From Octopus vulgaris (taxonomy: Eukaryota), in contig OX597814.1 in NCBI GenBank assembly GCA_951406725.2, forward strand, positions 94,860,001 to 94,924,000: a stretch of 64,000 nt of DNA, in the 5' to 3' direction. Below the pieces are notes generated by a model. It was not told the DNA's origin and did no database searches. It saw only the letters and a program-made list of their open reading frames with translations. The translations under genes and the position numbers were made by a program. Numbering within the stretch: the stretch's first letter is position 1; every line of letters begins with the position of its first letter. This document shows positions 55,158-64,000 of the stretch, piece by piece.

Positions 55158-56057
55158 AGAAATACGGTATCAATGCTTGCAACAGATTAGAGTCCGTAAA
55201 AGGCATCCAGTGACCAGATGGTGGCGTTAAACTAAGCAATGGATTAGGTCTACTACTGCAATAGACCACTATGGTATTTTATGTTAGAACACAAAAAGCT
55301 GGAGCGACACACATCCGATGCTACGACAATTCTGCCAGTTCACTGTCCAAGAATGGTACTCTATATATCAACCCTGGACGAATAAGTAGCAAAGTTGGCT
55401 TCTTTGGGATTTGAAATCAGAATATAAGAAAGTGGAACAAATAACTGCAATGTATTTTGTCTGGTACACTCACAAGTAAATCAGTTCCTCACTTACGTTA
55501 AATTTGAATTGATGCAGCTTATAAGCTGATGGGAAAGTGGACTCGTGACATAATCGATTCTACTTCATGAGGCTTTTGTACGTTTCATTCAATTTGCTCT
55601 CCGATTGCCATCAGATGCATAAGCTGCTTAATAGATACGAGTGTTTTTACCCTTAATTTATAAATAAATATTCTTATTTTCAATCCAGCCTGGTACTGAG
55701 TTCCTCATATGCATAGATAAGATACCTGATGACGATTAGAAGTCAAACTGACAGAAATGTAATAGATATGTATATATTAAAAAATATTTTTTTCTCATCC
55801 AAAACTGAGGTGCTAAAAACTAAAAAGTATCACTCATGTAGATGTCACTCGCAAGTGAGTATGGCTTAGTGACATAAATTACGCTTCGCAGTATATGATC
55901 TGGCGTTCTGAGCTGAAATCTCGCTCAGATGAATTTAGCCTTGCAGCCTTTTGGAATCGATACACGAAATTACCAATTAAATACTGGAGTCGATGGAATT
56001 GACAAATCCCCTCGCTTCGAAAAATTACTAATTTTGTTCCTAAATCAAAAGTACAAG

Positions 56058-56500
56058 GTCAGCAATTTTGGGTGTGGGATAAGTCGATAACATCGACCCC
56101 AATGCTCAACTGCTACTTATTTCATCGACCTCGAAAGGAATTAGAGACAAAGTTGACCTCGGCGGAATTTGAACTCAGAACACAAAGACTGAAGAAATGC
56201 CACTAAGCATTTTGTCCGCAATGCTAACGATTCAGCCAACTCGTCGCTTTGATGTGTTTTTTTTTAATAGTAATGAAGCTAAAGACGGTGAGCTGACAGA
56301 ATCGTTAGCACGCCGGGCTTAGCGACATTTCGTCCGTCTTTACGTTCTGAGTCCAAATGCTGATGGGGTCGACTTTGCCTTTCGTCCTTTCGAAATCAAT
56401 AAAGTAAGTAGCAGTTGATCACTGGGGTCGATATAATCGACTTACCTCCATCTCCCATCCCACCCCGAAATTGCTGGCCTTGTGCTAAAATTAGAAACCA
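56058..56500. mobile_element. head-to-head SINE family B pair (about 56058-56250 minus, 56283-56500 plus)
   Basis: GACCTCGGCGGAATTTGAACTCAGAAC on the left, GAGCTGACAGAATCGTTAGCACGCCGGG on the right. Confidence 0.85.
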
Positions 56501-57339
56501 ATATTTATGAGGCTGAAACTATAACAGAGAGAGAGGCCAGTTGGGCTATTGCGCTCTGTTTTCAAATCCAATAAAATCATCTATGTCCCAGATTCATTTC
56601 ATCCCTCTGAATATGATACACCTTTGCTAACATTTAGAAAACATGTTTTCTAAGTTATTTATTTCTATGAAGGTGATCATGCGTAATATAAACGTAATTG
56701 ATTAGAGTTTAAAACAGGAAATTTTTTATGTACTTATCAATGTTTCTTTACGATCTATATTTTTGCTCGGCATATTAAAGATGTATAAATTTTCTGATGT
56801 TTATTTTAGAAATTTATCTCAAACTAGAATAAACTTCAACGTTTCACTAATTGAATGATTATTTTCGAAACTAGAAAAAAAGAAATTTGTGACGATCAAT
56901 ATAACTCTAATTACGATCTTTGATCTACTGTAAAGCATCGATTAGCTATCTTCTACGACTCCAGTAAAACTTGCAGAAGAGACAGTACTGACAAGATCGT
57001 TGACACTGCAAGAAAAAATTCTGTATTCCTATCATTCTTGAATGGTATTTAAATTGACAGTCAAGTTATAAAATATTAATATACAGAGACTTTGTAAACA
57101 CTCTTAACATATCTAGTCAAGCTTACACAGATTTTTATAGTTCGCACATTGAAAGTTGAGATTATGGTTGTGCATTTGCATTTTAATAATGAAAACTAGC
57201 TAGTTTGGCTCTGAAGTTGATGTTTTGAATTTTGAGCCACAGCCGGTACTAAAGCAGAACGCGTTTCTTGGTTATCCGAGTAACGGGTAATATGGAATGA
57301 CGATCTGATTCATGTTTGTGCGTTCGTGTGTGTGTGCGT

Positions 57340-57408
<69 letters not shown>

Positions 57409-58375
57409 GTTGAAATCTTTTCTTGGCCAATAACATCCCAGATTGTTTGGTCTATAGACGTTAGTGATAAGGCATTTCGAGAACATGGTGACCCTGCCAT
57501 TGCCCTTACAGAAGTTACTCTGTTCCGCATTGTGCAAGTTTCCCCATTAGTCGAGTGATTACTCCTTATCGATACTGTACTTCCACTATACTACAATCCA
57601 TGGCTTCACCTGTAATTCTAAATTGGATGACCTATCTGTCGGGTGCTTTTCTTTGCTAAAGCTCATCCTGTGTTTAGTCCGGGACGGCTTGTTTTCATAA
57701 CCGTCACTAAATCCTATATCTAGAGGCTGTTCCAATATCCATCATCCGGGGACTTTTCCAGGAAATATTTTCATTCACAACATTCAGTGATTAAATATAT
57801 GCCTTTGTCACAAGATGATGCATGTTAAAACCCTACAAGGGTACAAAATAGACATTCCTAATAAACATTAAACAAATAAAAATATAAAACCTAAATGACA
57901 TTCAAGGAAATTAAATGAACCAGAACCTTTATGAAATAAGAATTGAAAATTAAAAGAATATTCTAAGGTAAGAATTCAGTATTTTGAAATATTTGTAAAG
58001 CAAATAAACCGGCATAAACTTTATTAACAAAACCTTTATTCAATAAACAATACAATATTATAATATAACAGATGTAGGAAAGCAAAGTAGATGGAAAGAA
58101 ATGCACATCTGTTGGAACTACTATGACCAAATAGCATGAACTGCAATCCATCTAGATACTACACTTATTAGATAGCCTTGATATTCATTAGGTAAAGTTA
58201 CCATACATTTCAAGTGTTATTCACTTTCACTTTCCTTCGGCAATCATTAAAGACTATGATTTAATAAACAAGGTTGTTTTGCAAGTCGCCAACAGTAGTC
58301 AAAGATAAAGACTAGTGAAATATTCAAAAACAGCGACTAATAGTGAAAGAATTTAATAGGTCAGATACTGTTACA

Positions 58376-59098
58376 CTACAGTTCCTGTTCATTGATTTCT
58401 TTTGTCGTCCTTAACAGTGGTATCCTGGTATTTCTAGAACTTAAAAGTCAAGCATATTGGACTCATCTTCCGTGGCTTCCATATCATTCATAACTTCTCC
58501 ATTGTACCAATGCAAGAAAGTCTTACGTCTAGGCATAATAGTCAACTCTTCAGAGGGGCATATGAATAACGTTTGCATAACGATACATAGCGGTATTATT
58601 TCCAGTAAAATACACAAAAACATTTAAGTCCATATAGAACAATATTACGCATGATTGTTTTTTACATTGCTCGGAATTCACTCAGTAAAACAGTTGCTAT
58701 TCTTATTCCATAAGCTTGGGGTTTAATCATCAACATCCATTGACATGCAACCTTGAAATATAGTGACAAGTATCAGACAGCAACTGCATCTTTGATCACA
58801 TACTATGTTTGGTGTGCAAGTTTCTATAAAAGAAGTTCTATGCTCAGATTTACTGGCCGCCTCGAACTATTAGAGAGGCAAAGCGAGGTATGACGAAATA
58901 TAATGAAGGAAAAGGTACCATGTTGACAGCCAGTTTATGGAGATCAACTAACCTGAAATCTGCAAACTTGTGATATCACAAACCACGAGTTAAGTCACCA
59001 TGAGTGCAGGCAGAAAGTTTCAACGTACAACGGTTAATATCAGCTTCGTTATCTATGCACAATGTTTCAACTGATTTCCACCAGTTGGTGAAGTTATA
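58376..59098 (-). pseudogene. TUBB: beta-tubulin pseudogene, C-terminal half (about residue 190 to the end)
   Basis: Collinear matches across stops and frameshifts: [99 protein letters not shown], acidic tail EINEQEL*. Confidence 0.92.
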
Positions 59099-59914
59099 TT
59101 TTGAAATTATAGGACTCTCTCGTTTAGAGAATGCGTGGGAAAAGACTACGCGCCTTCATTGGTCAGTTAAAGTTGAGACAGTGTCGCATGACAACTTGCT
59201 GGGGCTGCCTGCTGGAGCCTAGCAGCAGGTATTTAAAGGAGAAAAAAATTGACAAGGCAGTCAGTCACCCGCTGACACTCGTTGACGCTACATCGAAGAG
59301 GTCAGTGAACAGAATAAAGAAGACATGCACCCAACACCAAAGCTGAAGACACCTCCGAAAGTGGGGGGGGGGACATCAAAACGGTAGAGGAGTAGGGGCC
59401 GTAACCGGACGTGGTTCCTCCTGATGATGTCTTGTGCTAACTGGATCCTATAAAGAAGCTGTTGTGGTAGCAGACCACGAAACACGGTTGAAATTCCCCA
59501 GTATCAAATACCTGCGAGAAAATAATATAGCCTGTTAGTTTAGATGACAAGTGTATTTGAGTTAATGATGCAATTATGAGCTACACAAGAACTAAACATC
59601 GGAATTGTAATATTTCTAAACTAAATTGCTTAGAGGTTCTAGAAATTATATCCTAACAGACATTTATTGGGAAGAAATTTAGAATAAGATAGTCTTTGGT
59701 TTAGAAACTTTTAAATATTTCCGAGACACACAATATACAAACGAAATAATTTCACGTTTGACAGCGCTAACCAGTGGCAGCAGCTAAGTAGGAGAAAAAT
59801 GTTTGTTTTGTGCATGTGTGTGTATGTGTTTGTGTGTGTGTAAATATATATATATATATGTATGTACGTATATATAGCATATATATATATGTATATAGCA
59901 TATATATATGTATA

Positions 59915-59982
<68 letters not shown>

Positions 59983-61254
59983 TATTCTTAAATGTATATC
60001 TTAAGTGTTATTTTATGTCATTATTTCTATAATTAAGTTAGAGTGATATTTCTCGTTAAATGAGCAGTGGATCACACGAAATATAAATAAAATGAAAGAA
60101 GAGTGCGTGATTAATTTTATATATCCTAGCTGGTGGAGTAGAGAGGCGTAATTAAAATTTTAAATTTCTTTAGGTCTAATTCAGTTTGTTTAATGTAGCT
60201 AGCGGAAAACAGCGGTGTAATTAAATTTGAAATACCTGAAGTATCGAAACAGCTTCTGAATTATTCTTTAAACCAGGAAATTTTCAAAATAATGTACAGT
60301 GGCGTGATGAAATGAAGCGAGAACTAGGAAATTACATTTTCTCGAAATTTCTCTTCAATGTTAGAAATCATTACATCATGTAAGAAATTGATCGTACTCA
60401 TTTCTTTTTTAGATAATGTTATATTTCATATATATTTTTTAAATTCTTTTTATGAAATATATTTTATAATCATCAGAAATATACAGAAATATAAGCTTCG
60501 AATTTTATTGCATTTTCACAGTTCTACATAATGTTAGTGTTAGTATTGGCTTTTTGTCTATATTTATGTAATACAGTATATAGATGGTGTTACTACTAAT
60601 ACTCGGAATATACTATTCAAATAGATCACTTATTTACAGATGGCGCTATCGGAAATAAACAAAAATATCTCTAAAATACACTGTCTTTCTCCTGTAGCTC
60701 TGCTATGCAAAATTAATATCTTTCCAATTTATTACGTTTTTTGCCTTCCATCACTTTATCGAAATAGGTCACGGTATTTATTTACATTCTAGCTGAAATA
60801 TATCGAGGTGTTCAATAAAATATTAGTATGGTATAGTAGTCAGTACAACCGACTGTACTCTCCTAAAATTTGAAGATTTTTTTTTCTGTCTTCGTGTTTT
60901 CTCCGACTGATTGGATCTTTGTTTCTGTTGTTATCAATCAGCAGCTTGCGGACCCTGCTAGACATTTATGCATTTTCCCAATTTTTTAGTTCAAAAACCC
61001 CTCAAGAGGCTGTTGCTACCAAAAGCGTAACAACTGAAAATCCAGGTCTACCCCTTCCTTCTGTTTCACTGCTTTAGATGCAGTAGAGTGCTGAGGAGGT
61101 CATCAGGACTTGCAACTCTTCGCTGACTCCTTTCGACAATATAATAGTTTTCGCTACTGGTGCACTTAACACCCGTCTGTATGGCATTACAAAAGCGACA
61201 ATTAGCCAGGATCCCATATTATTTGCCATGCTCTTGATTGTTGCTTTTGTATTC

Positions 61255-61414
61255 CGGGTACAGCTCGCATTCTAAGGAGTGTATTGTGTCTTTGAGTCAC
61301 AGGAGAAGGCACTACTTGAAACTCAGGTGATTTGTTATTGCCTGCTTTGAAGTAAAGAATAACCGGTAATTAAGAACTTTCCGATAGTTTTTCAGCATCA
61401 TAATAATAATAATG

Positions 61415-61460
<46 letters not shown>
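61255..61460 (+). mobile_element. extreme 3' end of an R4/Dong-like LINE plus (TAA)n tail
   Basis: GTARILRSVLCL*, a short UTR, then (TAA)n at 61400-61460. Confidence 0.6.
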
Positions 61461-61462
<2 letters not shown>

Positions 61463-61822
61463 GATAAAAGAGAATAGAAATGCGAGATAATTGGCTTTAC
61501 AGTCCCAAATGTGAGAGGTATAGAAAAATAGCAAAGTACCAGGACCTAGCTATTGTTTTACAGAGACTGCGATAAGTGCGGGTAAAATGTATCCCAGTAG
61601 TTATAGGTGCATTGGGAACTATCCCTAAAGATCTGAACAAACAGATAAAGGAAATAGGCATAAAACCAAGTTTAGTACAAATCCAGAAAACAATGTTATT
61701 AGGGACAGCTAGGATACTTAGGAGGGTCCTTAGCATCTAAGGTTACTTGCTGTAACCCGATGTTAGTATTCTTTTCTTTTCCAACAGCCTAATCTCTTGA
61801 GTGAATATGAAAATAATAATAA
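61461..61822 (+). mobile_element. R4/Dong-like LINE 3' fragment (end of RLE domain)
   Basis: KIAKYQDLAI...IPVVIGALGTIPKDL...IQKTMLLGTARILRRVLSI*; (TAA)n on both sides. Confidence 0.88.
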
Positions 61823-62178
61823 CAAGAGCACTCAGAGACCGCAAACCTCTGCTAAAGCAACACCAATGTCTTCTCAACAATTAGCCAGAGAGAGATTTTT
61901 AAAATGAGAATATCTGAAATAAACTCGACTGCCCTCACAGACGAGAATGCTAAAAATGAACCCGACCGCTCTCAAAAAGTTTTTTTAAAAAAACAGAAAA
62001 AATAATCCAGAATCCTCGTCCAGTACCAAATCGATCCCCAAATCTAATTAATTCGTGCCAGTCACAAGGCCAAACATACCTGAAAATTTCACCCATATCC
62101 ATTCAGCGGTTCTTGAGATATCTTGTCTACGGACAAACAAGCAAACGCGACTGAAAACAATACCTCCCGCCTTAGCGA
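61823..62178. mobile_element. Helentron-associated (HINE/DINE-like) non-autonomous element
   Basis: Starts CAAGAGCACTCAGAG; degenerate inverted motifs CCTCTGCTAAAG / CCTTAGCGAAG near the ends; resembles recalled metazoan HINE-type repeats. Confidence 0.5.
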
Positions 62179-62294
62179 AGAAGAAGAAGAAGAAGAAGAA
62201 GAAGAAGAAGAAGAAGAAGAAGAAGAAGAAGAAGAAGAAGAAGAAGAAGAAGAAGAAGAAGAAGAAGAAGAAGAAGAAGAAGAAGAAGAAGAAG
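62177..62294. repeat. pure (GAA)n microsatellite
   Basis: direct reading. Confidence 0.99.
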
Positions 62295-63215
62295 ACCACA
62301 TTCAGCGGTGTTGGATGTTGGCACAGTCATAAAAGAACTCGAGCAGAAACAAACAAATAACTCGGAATAAATGAGGGCTCTGGCATTCAACATGCAAGTA
62401 TGAAAGTGAAGATCAGGAAGGAGTGTTACAGGAGAGTTCTAGCAGTCCTAAAAATCCGAGATAAATGCACGTGAAAAGGTGTTAGCTATAAATTTCTTAG
62501 CAGTTCCGGTTGTTATTTACAGTTTCAATGTGTTGAACTGGAATATCAACGAAATAAGGAAGATTGACAGGAAAATCCGTAACCTGTTGACTTGCGATAA
62601 GCTATACCACCCAAAGGCAGACGCATGTTGTCTTTACCCACCCAGAGCTCAAGGAGGTCGAGGCTTGATCCAATTTGAAATCTCCTACAAAACCACCACA
62701 ATTGAACTGGCAAAATATCTTGAAACATCTCACGACTGGATGCTCGTTGAAAACCATGAAAGACGTAAGTAACTTCATTCTGTTATGAAGGAGAGCAAAA
62801 AAGATTTCAAGTAAGTTGAAATAATACCCAGGTTAAACAGTATGAGGAAAGTGCAGGAACTGTAGTTGCAAAGAAGGTGAAATCAATAGCAAAGCAAAAT
62901 GCGCTTAAACAATTGGCTGACAGGTAGGAACAACAACCTCTGCATGGCAAATATGTGGCCCGTAGCAAACTAACTGATGTAGATCAGAAGCAGACCAATC
63001 AGTGGCTACGGAGCTCAGGGCTAAAGGCAGAGAGTGAAGGCTTTACCCTTAGCAACCCAATATCAGAGCTTATTGACCCGGAACTATCAAGCCAATGTGA
63101 TGAAAAATGGTGTAGACCCAAAGTGTCGATACTGCAACGATGGAATAGAAATAGTCGACTACTTAATCTCTTGATGTAGGGTTTTAACACCTGTAGAGTA
63201 CAAATCAAAACATTG
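62295..63215 (+). mobile_element. R4/Dong-clade LINE fragment (RT thumb to CCHC knuckle), same family as 1-900
   Basis: LAINFLAVPVVIYSF..IDRKIR..HPKAD..LYPPRAQGGRGL, LHGKY..WLRSSGLKAESEG and GVDPKCRYC; near-identical in translation to 488-760. Confidence 0.9.
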
Positions 63216-64000
63216 ACATAAAATAAACCCAAAAGACATAAATGGACACGTGAGGAATACATTTCTATCCTACACGCTTACTTTACAGAAGTGCTCTACC
63301 CAAAGAATGAAAATACAACACATACATACAAAATATGGAAGAAAAATAACATAAATAAAGACCTGGATACATCAATGAACCCTAATAAACTAGCAAATAT
63401 ACGGAGATATATTCTGAACGCAAAAAAAAATATCAGAAATAGAAATAGAACATTTAAAAGAAAAAATACATCAGGAAATGTAAATAGAAGCCACACAACA
63501 ATGCCAAATAATATAAACACTGTAACAATAAAACACGAAGATAAACGTAACATTTCCAACAAAAACGATGTAAACAAAAAACAACAAACCCAGACCGTAA
63601 GGATACATAATAATACACGACAAACAGCAAGCCAAAACACGACAAACAAACATACGGATGAGATAGAAAGCGACACAAATCTAAAACCTGGAAACAACGA
63701 AGGGGAGCCTAATGATTATGAAACTATAAAAAAATAGAATAATCAAAGAACTGAAAACCACAGAGCTCAAAATGGACCACCGACCATACCTCCCAAGAAT
63801 CAAAATAGACGAAACAACAACATCAATTATAAACAACATAAACCTAGCCGTCACGGAACTAATAGCCACTGAAACAAAAAACGATATCACTGAGCTAAAT
63901 GACTTAGTATGCGCAGCAGCCACTGCAGCCACAAGAGAAGCTGGATACTCACTGAAACCCATCCAAATAGGAGTACCACCACCCAAACAAACCCTGTGGA
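63216..64000 (+). mobile_element. R4/Dong-like LINE ORF N-terminal region
   Basis: PKRHKWTREEYISILHAY...KLANIRRYIL...RPYLPRI...ITELNDLVCAAA...KQPLW. Confidence 0.75.

Noticed and set aside
55725-55755. CTGATGA motif
   Set aside because: No GAAA or flanking stems; probably chance

Overview
AT-rich, gene-poor eukaryotic DNA dominated by microsatellites and transposable elements. The tRNA-derived SINE families and repeat density suggest an Octopus (coleoid cephalopod) genome; this is an inference, not a search result. No intact host gene can be demonstrated, and most ORF-track hits are microsatellite translations. Recognisable elements: R4/Dong-type RLE LINE fragments at both window ends, L1/Tx1 fragments, Penelope-like elements (an RT N-terminal fragment and a stop-free GIY-YIG ORF), an RTE 3' fragment, a full-length decayed mariner with perfect 31-bp TIRs nested in a SINE, a second partial mariner, a full-length decayed piggyBac, hAT, piggyBac and Helitron-type non-autonomous elements, many SINEs, and a decayed beta-tubulin pseudogene (about 58376-59098, minus strand) that the ORF track only partly shows. 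The most notable signal is a set of seven type-I hammerhead-ribozyme-like folds in three sequence families. They lie in short Penelope pLTR-like segments in or near (TA)n arrays, and two long fold-back hairpins occur in the same context.
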